Shown: in pieces, positions 44,641-60,060 of the stretch
Numbering within the stretch: the stretch's first letter is position 1
Layout: the number at the start of each line of letters is the position of its first letter
NCBI GenBank assembly: GCA_964016885.1
Contig: OZ024756.1
Span: 33,356,001-33,420,000, forward strand
Reading direction: 5' to 3'
DNA: 64,000 nt
Source: Eledone cirrhosa
Taxonomy: Eukaryota
Translations under genes and position numbers: made by a program
The notes under the pieces: model-generated
Database searches by the model: none
What the model was told of the DNA's origin: nothing
What the model saw: only the letters and a program-made list of their open reading frames with translations

Positions 44641-45051
44641 CTAGGGAGTGTAACTTGGAGTTACCGTAGGTTCACCTGGGTGAGCACTCGATGTTTAGTA
44701 TAACTTCTGTGTCGAGGTGTAGAGTTATACAGAGTGTATTAGATTGAAAAGATAACAACGACGAGTGGTTACTCCTTCATTACATTTATCGGTTGGTGAC
44801 GCGCGTATCGCCACTTATCAGCTCAAGGTTCGATATGTATCGATCTTAGCCGACTCTGTAATCCGCAGCTCGACGGACCCCTTAAAATGGTAGTAGAAAA
44901 ATAGCATTTTAAGGGGTCCTTCGAGCTGCGGATTACAGAGTCGTGTAAGCTCGATACAGATCGAACATTGAGCTGATCAGTGGCGAAACGCGCGTCACCA
45001 ACCAATAAATGTAATGAAGGAGTAACCACTCGTCGTTGTTATCTTTTCAAT
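44641..45051. mobile_element. Fold-back element family E (100-bp head plus 309-bp hairpin) carrying HHR 3' halves
   Basis: 44743-45051 palindrome centred ~44897; GGCGAAACGCGCGTCACCAA in the arm; the head is the reverse complement of part of 53570-53695. Confidence 0.85.
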
Positions 45052-45126
45052 ATATATATATGTATATATATGTATATATATATGTATATATATGTATATA
45101 TATATATATGCATATATATATATTCA

Positions 45127-45196
<70 letters not shown>

Positions 45197-45480
45197 TTAC
45201 GAATGTATATATTTCATAGACAGATTACCAATCTGTATATACATTCTGAATAACTGTTATATGTAAATGTCTGCCATTTTTATTTCTTCTAATTTTATAG
45301 AAGTATTTTTATATGGTTTTATTTATTTTGTAATTATACACTGAATAATGATATACATATATATATGTATATATGCATAAATATATATATATATATAAAT
45401 TTTGAGTGTATGTTGGTTGTTTACCGACACCTTATTTTATATATATATATATATATATATGTGTGTGGGGGGGGGTATAC

Positions 45481-45569
<89 letters not shown>

Positions 45570-46250
45570 TATACATACATATCCACACATATATCTGCAC
45601 ATACATATATACACATATATACACATACATATATATGTAAATAAATGATTAAATAAATAAAAATATTTCCTAAAATGGAAAGGACAAGTAATCGATGTTC
45701 TGTACTGTATATCACGAATAATCAAGAATAAAAAATTAAAATTATGGACGCATATTTTTATACAATGCACATTTAAATGTAGTGTAAATTCAATGTAATA
45801 TATTTATGAATAGGAATTATGCTATTATTCAAATCATTTCGTTTCTCGTATATTTCTTGTCGATGTTCAAATTTCTGAAAATAGATATCATATTTTACAG
45901 TCCTAGACTATTCTTATTTTATCTTCTCGATCACACACTCTATTTGCCCTTGCAATACATGTTAACAGTCACACACACACACACACACACATATATATAA
46001 AACATACACACACAAACACACACGTGCGTATATATATATATGTGTGTTTTTCCTGGTGTGTCACTGTGTGTGTGTATCACACATATTTTCATTTACCCTT
46101 GTAATACCTGCTCACACACACAGACACACATACAAACACACATGTATATATATGTGTGTGGGTGTGTGTGTGTGGGGGGGGGTGCGTGTGTGTGTATGTA
46201 TATGTCTTTGCGTGTGTGTCGCAGTGAGTGTGTCTGTGTGTATGTGTGTG

Positions 46251-46286
<36 letters not shown>

Positions 46287-46406
46287 TAATAAATACAAAG
46301 ACTAAAATCCGAAGAGGACTTGATCAGGATTGCATATTTTTAAGTATATATAAACCCCATAGACCAAATACTTATTTTTAGTTTAGATTTATAATTGAAG
46401 CAATGG

Positions 46407-46448
<42 letters not shown>

Positions 46449-47169
46449 CGGGATCTTCAGAAGATCCCGTTAAGCGTGAAAGCACCGATTCTTTGCTTAA
46501 ACTTTAATCTGTTATTTTAATAAATATATATATATTGTAAACGGAAGCGACAATTTGGAGGAGTGTTAAACAAAGCGCTCATGTATTTCGAATACCAACC
46601 TTGACATCTATTTTCTCAGTGAATCTGGCTGAGAATTACAATAAAGTACATATATTTGATATATATTTATCCTTATCGAGCCCTCTTTGGATGTTAGTTG
46701 TCAAATTTATTATTATTACTATATATATATATTCTATATATATTCTACATATATTTTCTATATATATATATATTTTCTCTATATATATATATTTTCTCTC
46801 TATATATATATATACATAATATATATATGTATTTGTGCGTATAACGAAGGAACTGAGGTAAGGAACCAGATGGACCATAACGCACCAGAGTACTCAATAC
46901 TTAGGGCAGTAGAGTGGGTAATAGAAAAATGTTTAAATATTTTCCTATATATATTTATATATACATATAGGTACATCGGCAATATTCTCTTAAATAATAT
47001 TTTCATTAGTTCTTAGATTTCAATCAATTTCCTTCCTCGTGACATATTTCGTTTTCATAAATAAATGATATATTTCCTCTTTCAATATTCGATTAACGTA
47101 TTATTGTTGTTGTTGCTGTTTTTTTCTTCTGTTGGTCCAGTTATGCTTGCTGTTATTGTTTGTATTATT

Positions 47170-48460
47170 CATTGCTTTTGCCTTGTTTAAATCACATTTC
47201 TAATTCCCCTTGCTAGACATATAACCATACTTGATGTATATATTAAGATTTTCTGAGCTCCATAAATATTCATTATATATTTTTCCAACCCTACAATTTC
47301 ATAATGTCTGAAACATCAGTTTATTAGAATATCGTACGTTATCAAATCAATTTAGAATATCTGAGATAATTGGTATATTTTGGTGACCCACTACTATACC
47401 AATACAGGACAGATACTATACATATATCTACCCCGTTGGCTCAGTACCTTAAATAATCACTCATTGTTAGTATTTTTAAATCTATTTTTCATAATTGGTA
47501 AATATGTCAACTAAATCCTCAACTGTTATTTGATCTCGTCTATCGGTTTTACATCGTGTAAGCATGATTAAGGTATTCTACTATTTTTTAAGATATATCT
47601 TGTGTTCACTTGTATTCGTGGCACGTTTGTAACTGCCAATACAGTTCTGTATTCTCTCACTTCCAATTGTCTTATTTCCTGATATATCTTATGTATATTA
47701 TTTCTTCGGAGGTTCTTTTTCTAAAGTATTTATTAGATTTTTATCCTTCTCCTTTCTGACAGATTTTTTTCACTCTTGTCTTTAATTCTCGATATTTATT
47801 TCTGCAAAACCAGTTTATCTCGACATATTATCATAGGCGCTTTGCAATTCTTTTCTTCGTAATGTTTATCACACTTCTGCTTATCTTTATATTTATTTAT
47901 ATCTTTACGAATCTCTGGGATTGACACCGACTGCACAACATTTTCTAATGCAAAATGCTTGAAGCTCAGCATTATCTTGCTCTATCAGCGCAGAAAATAG
48001 ATTTCCTACGAACGCTTGAAATTTTTGGGATGCATTTTTTGTGGTGAGTTTTTAATCGTAGACATTTAAGACTTTTTGTTACATCCAATATCGTTTCAAA
48101 TAATGATATAATATTGATCTTTGTCAAACATAGCGAATAACCAGACCGTATTCCTACAGAATTACATGTTTTACAATTTCCCATGAGGGATTTTCATCTC
48201 ATTCGCATTACAAATTTTCCTAAAATCGCCCGTTGAAATTCTCATCTAAAGCCTACCGTCTTTCTGTTTGAATATTGTGTTAGATATAATGAGATTATAT
48301 TTTGCGCAAAATTGGAAAAGATTTAATCCTCACTCGTTATGAATTCCAATTTCATATTTTCCAATAACTTATTCCTATCATTGCCTATCACACTATTAAA
48401 ATCTCTAATCATATAATGAATGTCATAGATGGAATTTCGTCCATAAACTCGACATCCTGA
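47170..48460 (-). mobile_element. Highly decayed RTE-type LINE (AP endonuclease, probable RT start)
   Basis: Minus strand MIRDFNSVIG../VIGKYEIGIHNE*GLNLFQFCAKYNLIISNTIFKQKDGRL and NCKTCNSVGIRSGYSLCLTKINI match the APE motifs GDFNAKIG, IGKYG.G.RNE.G..L..FC..L.I.NT.F and SDH; the left boundary is uncertain. Confidence 0.72.
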
Positions 48461-48801
48461 TATAAATAGCAGCACAATCTCCATCAAAATTAAACCATAC
48501 CGTCTTACAAAAAGACATAACGGACGGTATTGTCAAAATCTAGATAATGTGTTGAATGTATTTGAACATATGACAGCTCTATTAGAAGCGGTATAACGTA
48601 TGAACTACGCCCAAGAATTCAATCCTTTCGACTTAATTATACGTAGTAACTGACTTCTAAAATAGGGATAGAGTAACAAGTTACACGACAGATGAGAAAG
48701 GAATAATTAAGTATACAAACGGTATCAGCCTATATAGGATAGATTTTCATTGGTCTCATATTTTCTTCACTAATATTACAGTTATATTAGATTGTATCGG
48801 T

Positions 48802-48896
<95 letters not shown>

Positions 48897-48968
48897 TATA
48901 TGTATGTGTATATATATGTGTACACATATATATATGTGTACACATGTATATATGTATGTGTATATATA

Positions 48969-49042
48969 TTTTATGCCCATGTTTTATTATTCTACAAGTC
49001 TCGTGCATTTAGTTTGTCGTTGGAAATCGGACCAATACTTGG

Positions 49043-49124
<82 letters not shown>

Positions 49125-49208
49125 ACATATATATATATACATATATATACTTACATACATATATATATGTATATATATATATATACACACATACATATAT
49201 ATATATAT

Positions 49209-49288
<80 letters not shown>

Positions 49289-49383
49289 ATATATATATAT
49301 ATGTATGTATGTGTGTGTATATATATATACATATATATGTATGTAAGTATATATATATATATGTATATATATGTATACATATA

Positions 49384-49456
<73 letters not shown>

Positions 49457-49532
49457 TTCCAAGTATTGGTCCGATTTCCAACGACAAACTAAATGCACGA
49501 GACTTGTAGAATAATAAAACATGGGCATAAAA
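48969..49532. repeat. ~560-bp palindrome: 76-bp unique arms plus a mirrored compound microsatellite
   Basis: TTTTATGCCCATG...ACTTGGAA / TTCCAAGT...CATGGGCATAAAA; the inner interruptions are also mirrored (ACTTACATAC/GTATGTAAGT, ATATCCAT/ATGGATAT). Confidence 0.92.
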
Positions 49533-51375
49533 TTGTTCACTGTTTTATGTAGTGTATTAATTATATTACCAACGTGGATGCTAGGTTAATATATATATAT
49601 ATTATTATATAAAAAGCTGCAGCGAACAAAGTACGACAGACTATGAAGCATAAATACTATTAGGGCTGACTTGGCGTTTATTTCTTATCCCCGCCACCTA
49701 TTTGATCGATAAAATATGAAGTATGCGCTGTGGTGAATAAGCTCAATCAATTACACTCTTTCTCTAGAATCTAAGAAAGATTTTCTGCTTATGTATGTAC
49801 TAAGAAACGATATTTATCCGATAATAATCTAAATGTGTGTTGCAAAGAAATATGGTAGATTTTTTTCTCCATTAGAAATTTTTCATTTATATTTTATTTA
49901 TATTTATGAATGCATATCATATTGCTTAATGGAAAGCATAAATGTGAAAACAAATTTTATTTCTATTCATTATCTCATTATCTTCTCAGAGTATATAGCC
50001 TACTTTTAGATGCACCAATATATGTATTGGAGTATATAATCGCTTTTGCGTGGTATCATACTTTTATGTAAGTAACATATTATCTCTTATAAACATACGT
50101 ACTGTCAGAAATTATTTTATATGTGTGCTTGTATTTGAATTTGTGCTAATGCTAGTACGTATGAAACTAACATATATACATTTGATACGCGATATCGATG
50201 AAATGAAGTGATTTCCGTACAAATCCACACAATTATGGTGTGCAGCAATAGAAAGAAATCCTTTTGTATCGTTTCTAAAATTATCTTCTCACAGTACTAA
50301 CATATGGTAATTAATTTTCCTTTATAGCTAGGAGACATAGTTTCTCTTTATATAGAAAATAATTCTCTTTTTTTTTTTATAAAAAGTGATAACGTTCATC
50401 GTTCTCCTCCCATTTCCCTACCACATCTTCGCGTTTCCCTTTCTGCAGATTGTACTGCAACACAATAAATGGGTACTTACACTAGATATATGAAGTATAA
50501 TTACCGTATCAGCAGGAAAATATATGGAACAATGCCTCGAGAGAAATTATCGCTTATACTTTCACTATTGTGTGATTCATTGCCATAGTTACGGAAAACA
50601 AACTTCCGTTGAAAACAAACGCTACCATTATAAGATATCGATATTTAGACCATTACTTTCTATTGTTTCAAATACGAAGCAAACTTTCTAAGAAGTGCCA
50701 ACCTCACTTACCATCAATGTTTGTATTAAGTTTTTATTTTCTCTCTTAAAACATAAACGTAAAAATATATGTTGATACGTTTTATCATATTCTGTATTTG
50801 GTCGAATTGTGCTCTCATAATTCTCGATGTCGCTCATAATCTTGTGAGGTTAAGGGGATTTAGACCCATCTCAAAAAGAATTAAGTCGACGTTTCGAAAA
50901 TGATAATCGGCCGGCTGGTGTGAAATTTGGTTAGTATGTAGGGAGAAGAACAGGAAGAAGTGGAATTCGAGGCTCCAACAGTTCAATGGTGAATCCTGGC
51001 CTACGTTTTCTTCGGGAGAAATGATATGCCCTTGCAAGTAAACGAAACGGGGCGTTGAAGCTGGTCAGGGCTCATTTTGGAGGTGCTTCCGATTGTTAAG
51101 TCTGAAAATTTGGATAAGATATCACTTCTAATTCACCTAGCACATGGGATCGAATTTTTGTTTTTCTTGAGGATAGAAATCTTTGCTGTCAACTGGGAAG
51201 TGATAACTGCAACTTGCGAGCGTTTCGTTCTACACAAAACAGAAAAACAGGTACCCCTTGCAACAGGGCCCAGCAACGACGAATATCGATAGTTTTCGTA
51301 ACTCCCTACTGGCCATGTTCATCGTGTTTTGGTCGTAATGACTAATGAAAAAAAGAACAGTATTAATTTTACTAT

Positions 51376-51518
51376 ATAGTTACGTCCCTTTACGGTCTGA
51401 GTTCAAATCCCGTCGAAGTTAACTTTGCCTTTCATCCTTACGGGGTCGATAAAATAAAGTACCAGTAATGTACTGGCTAATTGTTGGTCTTGTGCCAACA
51501 GTAGAAACAATTATTATT
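51376..51518 (+). mobile_element. 5'-truncated SINE
   Basis: Same family. Confidence 0.88.
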
Positions 51519-53569
51519 ACTATTAAACACTAAGGATAGCCGTATAATTGATCGAGGTATTGTGAAATTTAAACTAAATTTAGAAAGCATTTTGTGAATT
51601 AGTATAATTATACTACGCACACTGTATTGAGAAAAAGTTCTTTTCTTCGCATAGCCAGAATAATATGTATGTAAGTATCTATGGATGTATATGTATGCAT
51701 ATATGTATATGCATGTAACATATATTCTATAATTGAAAGGTTATAGGAAATATATATATATATATATATACATACATAAGTGTTCACATATGTATGTATG
51801 CTTCTGTGTGTGAGTGTTTATATATCTATGATCTATGTGGTTCTATGAAATGTGATTCAACATTAAATTTAATGTTGCATAATTTTCTTTTTTTAAATTA
51901 AAAGAAATTATTAATATCGGGATTGCGTCTAATAACTTAGCAATGTATTACGTTTCACTTGTGACATTATAATTTTGACAAAATTCATGTCTTCTCTGCA
52001 ATGAACAATTATTGCAATTATTTGATAATTAAATTTAATAATTTGTATTCTCTTCTATATTCAAAACGTTTTCCCACCTTACACTCCCAATAAATTTTAA
52101 GCATCCAGTTACTACTAATTAGCCTCAAGCATTACGTATATTTCATTCTTGCCGCTAGTGCATTTTCAGAAATGTCCCATATCCTGTTACCAAATTCTTA
52201 CATAAGATTCTCTCATAGAATATTGATTATTATTGCTGACAAATACAAATTTACGGCATTTCAAATATTTCTAAATAGTAAAACAAATGTCAGCATTACT
52301 AAGCTATAGTTAAGAAGCCACATCAAGAAATACGTAGCAAGAATGAAGAAACGTATCTATTTTATTCATCAGCAAGCACCTGGGCATGGTAAGCTCGGGT
52401 AAAGGGTTGATACTGCATAATATTACGATCAGGTCGAACGACTGATTAGAACAAGCCGCGGAAGAGATGCATGTGAGGAAAATTGAAAACATAGAGACAG
52501 GGAGCAACAAATGATTATGTTTCGATGAGGCAGGTGAGATAGTAGTTAAACAACTAATAATATAATGCCCTGCAGCTGGAAACAGCTACGGTACAAATAA
52601 GTTGTGGAAATAGTAACACAGGATTCGGAAAAGACGGTGATATATTTTTTAAATGAAATGTATGATTTCCATACCCAATTACACTATTTTCATTTAATGT
52701 TCGAAAACTGACATTTATTTTCTTTACTGTAGTATAATTTAACGATAACAAATCAAATATTTTATGTTTGGTACTTGTGCCTGTTTAATCACCTTTCAAA
52801 ATTTCCTTCGTTTGTTTTATGTTCAAAATTATAAAATTGACTCTTAACGTTCCAATTTCAATTGTATATGTTGAATAATTTTCTCTTTTTTCTTGCAGCT
52901 TGCAATTTTCAACTTTGTTCAACTGTTCAACTAACTTTTAAGATACGATAACTTCGTGTGTCAAATTGTTTCCTGGCACAACTCATGAAACACTATGTGT
53001 TTATCTTTTGATTTTTGTTTTATTAATTATGTTTTCTATATCTGTTTTAGCTCCAGCATTTCAATTTGCCATCTATACACGTGTTAATCCTTTTAATTCA
53101 GTGTTTTACACGAAATCATTGAATATTTTTACAAACAGCCTCAATTCATACAAGAAAAGTATGACGACTGAATAAGGTAGTGAGATTCTTCATTTATAAT
53201 AAATAATCAGGATATGATTTTGTGAATTTGTTTGTATGCTCTCCTGATGTGAGGAGTAGAAAGTCTATTTCAGAAAGTATACTTCAAAAAGTCTATATCG
53301 GAGGCCATATTTAGTTGATTCAGGTTTATTTAAAGCTCCGTTCGTTACTCTATTACCTGTTTCAGCCATCCGGCTGAGGCCATGCTGGGGCACCGCCCTC
53401 GTTATATATAATTTACTGGGGTCTATAAGTTGTGGTATCATGAGATCTTCAGATGGCAAAACCTAGAATAAACATTGAAAGTTCCTCAGAAAGCTTTATG
53501 TTTGGAAAAATCCAATACTTTCCCACCAAAAGATTTTCTTTTCGTGACTCAGGGGGCCGGCCGAACAAT

Positions 53570-53695
53570 CGTCCTTGTTATCTTATTTCACTATAATACA
53601 CTCTGTCTAGCTCTACACCTCGACACTGAAGTGAACCTAAACATCGAGTGCTCACCCGGGTGAACCTACAGTAACTCCAAGTTACACTCCCTGGA
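53570..53695 (+). mobile_element. Family E 3' terminus ending in (TA)n
   Basis: Reverse complement of 44641-44765. Confidence 0.8.
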
Positions 53696-55059
53696 TATAT
53701 ATATAGTACTATATCATATGACTGAGTAAACATCATATGGGGATTCTCTCTTGCATTGCGTTTATACATGGTGACTCGAATATATATATATATCTGTGTG
53801 TGTGTGTGCGTGTGTGTTATAGGGTGAAAGCAGCGATCCTTTGCTATATATATATATATACATATATATTAGAATGTTGTAAATCAAGATGAAAGCAAAC
53901 ATAGCTACAGAGGCTAGATAGAGTGTGTCGAAGGTATAATCCGTTTCCGGCTTCGATTGTTACAGGGAAGCTTATTTAATGTGTGCACCACGTCACTGTA
54001 TTGGAATATTTGTCATTTCAAAGAAATCGACAGCAAATTTGTTCGTTAAAGTATGTTTGCTTGTAAAATAGTTAAATATGATTATTTGTATCAGGTATGT
54101 AGATTCAAACTTTTGTCATGTGCAAAACATGTTTTAAAACCGTATTGGATTGAATTGTCTAGAGAATATGTTACATTATTCATCATTGAAAGTTGTTTTG
54201 GAAGCTAACAAAATTTTAATGGAACGACAATATCTGATATCCGCGTAAAAATGACGGCGAATAATATAATCATTTAAGTTATTGTCGATATACTTAATAC
54301 AAAGAAAGTTAACACTTCTAACTAAACACAGTTACATTGCGAATACTGAAAACAGAAACCAATATATGTTATACAATTGACAAGTTCTTGGTAATGTCAG
54401 AAAAAGAGAAATTAATCTGTGGAATGCTTAGTTGTTGAACCTGTCGCTCCATTCATACGGGATATCATGTTATATTTTATCTTGAAGCGACCTCAATCAA
54501 GTAGAGAAATACTGTTTCGTTAAAACTATTCAATTTATGTTATACAATCTGAATAACGTTAAATGATTTAAAAAGTAATTAGATTTTTCCCCATAAGAAT
54601 CGCTACGTGGATTTCGTAACAGAAACTGATTTGGCTTCGGCAGATGTACTCATTGTTATTTATATAACGAAATATTAGTAACAGTCGATATTTGATGATA
54701 TGTATGCTTCACTTATAATTCAAGAATTTCTTCCAATTACCGTAATGTATGGAATAGTAATGGCTATAGTTTGATACCAAATATATTGGTTTGAGTTCTA
54801 TTTTACAAGGAGACGAATGTTTACTCTTTTGTTAGTTTAAAGAATATATGCTACATGTATATATTTGAAATAGCACAAAGTTATTGCAGACCGTATGTGA
54901 CATTTTAAAAGTAATTATTGTGGTATTTAGCATGATGTCAGCCATATATAAAGAGATCCATAATGAAACACGTTCCAGCCTCTGCTACGTGGTATATTGT
55001 GTATACTATTGTTATACACAGACACATACATACGTAATTATGTGAGACAGTGTTTGCGT

Positions 55060-55176
<117 letters not shown>

Positions 55177-55329
55177 CACGGAACAAAATCGCTACCGAAT
55201 GCAAGAGACATCAATGGAGGTGAGTTCAATGCTGTGCCTTGAAACCTTAGATAGCCCTTTTGTTCCATGTATGGACATAAATAAATGATGTATATATATA
55301 GATATAGATATATAGATATATATAGATAT

Positions 55330-55490
55330 AACAAAGAAAGTGTGGTATTATACCAGGTGGATCATTAGGAAAAGAGTCGGGATCCCGATGGTTGAGCTCC
55401 AGACTTTTCGACAGCTAGATCCGAACTGATTTCGGATCTAGCTATCGAAACGGTTGGAGCTCAGCCGTCGGGATCGCGACTCTTTTCCTA
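55330..55490. mobile_element. Fold-back element family H (head plus 125-bp hairpin)
   Basis: 55366-55490 palindrome with loop CTGAT at 55426-55430. Confidence 0.85.
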
Positions 55491-55517
55491 TATATATATA
55501 CACACACACACACACAC

Positions 55518-55577
<60 letters not shown>

Positions 55578-55615
55578 ATTAAATAAATGGAAACTATATT
55601 TATAAAACCATATTT

Positions 55616-55679
55616 ATTTCATTATATATATTTCAGGGATATCATATTAACAATATGCTATGCCTTCCTCAGACAAAAT
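55616..55679 (-). ncRNA. Type I hammerhead ribozyme (family F, left arm)
   Basis: Mirror copy of 56401-56464. Confidence 0.75.
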
Positions 55680-56400
55680 ACAATATAAACAGTTTTATAG
55701 ATAAATAGATTCGACATACCGTAACAACATCGACTTGTATTTGAAAAGGTTGATTTGGCAGTGAGAAAAAATTGTACACAGAGAGAAAGAAAGAGAGAAA
55801 AAAAAAAAAAAAAAAAAAAAGGAATACTGATATTTACAATATTTACAATATAGTGGCTGGTTTTTATAAATACTAATACCTCTACATTAAAACATAGGGT
55901 TTTTTTACGCCTCGCCTATGTCTGGTTATTTTTAAATTTGTTCTCTCTCTATATTTTTTTTTCTCTCTCTATATAACAGCTGGTTTCTCTCCATATATCT
56001 CCCTTACATTAATACTAGAGCTAAATAAATAAATAAATAAATAAATGTATCATTGATACGTTTACCCAACAGACGTCCCACTACCTAGTTTTCTATATAT
56101 ATGTATCTATCTCTATTTCCTCTCTCTCTCTCTATATATATATATATATCTCTCTCTGTTTCTTTACATGAAGTTCTTCTCTTTATCTATCTTTCCATCT
56201 CTATATTGTGTTCCATGCATTTCTTCTTTTTCTTCTTTTTCTTCGTTTTCTGTCTTTCTTTCCTTTTTTTCTCTCTTTTTTTCTCTCTTTCTTTCTCTCT
56301 GTGTACAATTTTTTCTCACTGCCAAATCAACCTTTTCAAATACAAGTCGATGTTGTTACGGTATGTCGAATCTATTTATCTATAAAACTGTTTATATTGT

Positions 56401-56464
56401 ATTTTGTCTGAGGAAGGCATAGCATATTGTTAATATGATATCCCTGAAATATATATAATGAAAT
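56401..56464 (+). ncRNA. Type I hammerhead ribozyme (family F, right arm)
   Basis: ATTTTGT-CTGAGGA-AGG..CATATT(GTT)AATATG..CCT-GAAA-TATATA-TA-ATGAAAT; stem I has G-U pairs. Confidence 0.75.
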
Positions 56465-56594
56465 AAATATGGTTTTATAAATATAGTTTCCATTTATTTA
56501 ATATTGTAAATATACTCCAAATATTTGTCGAGTGCTTTTATATCAGTTATAAATATTTACTAGTTGTAACCCAACAATTTAAATATAACTTTCC

Positions 56595-56948
<354 letters not shown>

Positions 56949-58215
56949 ATAATAATAAATTTGAAGACTAAAATCGAAAGAGGGCTCCATAAGGATAAAT
57001 ATATATCAAATATATAAGAACCCTAGAGCAAATATATTTGTGTGGGTGTGGTGGGGTGTTTGTATACACACACATATGCAGAGAAAGGTTTGGGAACATA
57101 CATAAAATTTTGAAGTGCCGCTGGGTTCGTGATCAGGATTTTTTCAACCGCAGTGTATCATGTTGGTCGTAAATAATACAGCGATTAAGACAACGCAATA
57201 TGTTATATAACAATATGTTATATAACTATAGTATAAGTGTCGTTATAAGAATCCTTATCGTTACATCTCTGAGAAACGTAAGGCTTTAATACCACTTGAG
57301 GAACAATTACTTCTTCTAATGACATTTGTGGTGCCATTATATTGATCATTCTGTCTCTCGATAATATCACCGTCAGCTTTCCTCCATATTTGATGAGTTA
57401 CCACTACTATCATCATAGCAACCATCACTATTGTTACTAATCTCATTTTCACTATTATTATATTTAAATACTTCAAGCTGCACACTTATAATTTCATCAA
57501 CGTGGAAACAATGTTCTAATACCTTTCCTTATAATGAGAGCAGATTTGTGTCCAGCTAACATTACTGAGTTTGTAATTTCCGGGGTAGAAGCATTAACTT
57601 CTTGTGTAAGGGTTTAATAATGCAATTAAGATTCTACTCAATGATGGCATGTGTATAATCAAGGGCAGACCAATCTCGTGTTACATTAATATGCATTTCG
57701 AACTCTTTGTAATCTATTATCGAGCGTAATTTAATCTGATAACTAAACAACAACCATGGTAAAAACGGTTCGAATGGTTTTCTGTGAAAGGTGGATGTTT
57801 TAAATTAATGTTAACTGTTTGTGCTACGCGTTCAAGAATTCTACTTCATAGCAGATTTTACGAAGGAATACTGTAATCAAATGAGTTAATTATCTGTGTT
57901 GTTATCATGTGGATAGAGCTCTCAGTCATGTGTGTATGAGATTGCAAGCCATAGAAAATATATTAGTAGATTTAATGAAATGAGCCTCCATTGCAATCAT
58001 GGAAATACACCCAACTTCAGTCCCTTGCAGGCATAACACACAGATGGTTTCGTTCACGGTCTTTGATTTTAGCTGAGTAATTCATGGATGGAACTTACGA
58101 TTCGACGATCTTGATTCAAAGACACTACACATTAGTCTAAGGGCATCTACAATACATCGTCATAAAATGTTGAATATTATTTATCAGCAAAACCTTTCGT
58201 ACACAATTATAAGAA

Positions 58216-58404
58216 AAATAATTGTTTCTAAATTTGGCACAAGGCCAGCAATTACGCAGTACATTACTGGTACTTTATTTTATCGACCCCGTAAGGATGA
58301 AAGGCAAAGTGAACCTCGGCAGGATTTGAACTCAGACCGTAAGAGGTCGTAACTGTGCTGGAAAGCATGTCCGACCCTCTACCGATACTGCCAATCCACC
58401 GCCC
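58216..58404 (-). mobile_element. tRNA-derived SINE
   Basis: Same family. Confidence 0.9.
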
Positions 58405-58651
58405 TTATAAGAAAAATAATATCCGCAGAACATATTTTAATGGATAACACGAATAACACTGAAAACAACAACAACATTATAATCAGCAACAATGTAGTAT
58501 TATTAACATGGACGTGGTCTATTATAAAATTTTATCGACCATGAATGAGGCTTGTTTTCATGGGAAGGTTTTACTGAGATATTTTTATGACATACACTTC
58601 ACCTGAGTATGTCTCAGACGCACGATTCAAGTATCAGACGAAGATTTCATG

Positions 58652-58685
<34 letters not shown>

Positions 58686-58725
58686 AGCAGCAGTATCAAT
58701 ATCAACGACAACTGCAGCAATAACA

Positions 58726-59328
<603 letters not shown>

Positions 59329-59608
59329 AGTGTAATAGCTGTAAGTTTTGTAGTAGTTACACAACGTTAGACATAATAGTACACACGATTTTATGATTTG
59401 TGTAAGGAACAATAAAACCAACAACACATCGGATAAACCATTTCCAAATGCTAATCCATACTTAAGCGGGAAGTTAGCAAAGCCGCTAGAAACATTATTT
59501 GTTCCGAATCTCGCGTCTCTGATTTCTAATCACGCCGACGAGATCAGTTTTGCATTTCATACATTCGATTTTAAGAAATAATACATATATACATACATAC
59601 ATACATAC

Positions 59609-59694
<86 letters not shown>

Positions 59695-59695
59695 A

Positions 59696-60004
59696 AGTTT
59701 GTATTTGTAAAGCGAAAACAATGCAGGTATGGACATAGAATAAAAAATACAAATGCAAAAGATATTGTTGACAATTAGTCAAGCTATTTAGAACACTGGT
59801 TTAACCGCTTTACTTCCCTCCGAAGAAGAGATATTATCTCGAAAATTAAGGAAATTTAAATAAATTCAAGGTTAATGACTAATAGTCAACAATATCTTTT
59901 GCATTTGCATTTATATTCTATGTCCATACCTGCATTGTTTTGGCTTTACAAATACAAACGTTTATACCTCATTACACAATACTTCAAGTGAACTATAACT
60001 TCCT

Positions 60005-60007
<3 letters not shown>
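59696..60007. mobile_element. Fold-back element family G with an HHR-like spacer
   Basis: Arms 59696-59781 / 59876-59959; spacer TTCCCT-CCGAAGA-AGAGATA(T)TATCTC-GAAA-AT-TA-AGGAA (59814-59853, U4 mutated). Confidence 0.75.
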
Positions 60008-60044
<37 letters not shown>

Positions 60045-60060
60045 AGGAAGTTATAGTTCA

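Larger units (their letters stand above)
55572..56600. mobile_element. Inverted PLE-like tail pair (family F): 234-bp arms, ~470-bp spacer, 90-bp extension
   Basis: 55572-55805 is the reverse complement of 56275-56508; each arm holds an HHR. Confidence 0.88.

Noticed and set aside
52355-52395. Possible 16-nt micro-exon (TCATCAG..ATG/GTAAGC)
   Set aside because: Splice-like motifs arise often by chance and there is no supporting gene context.
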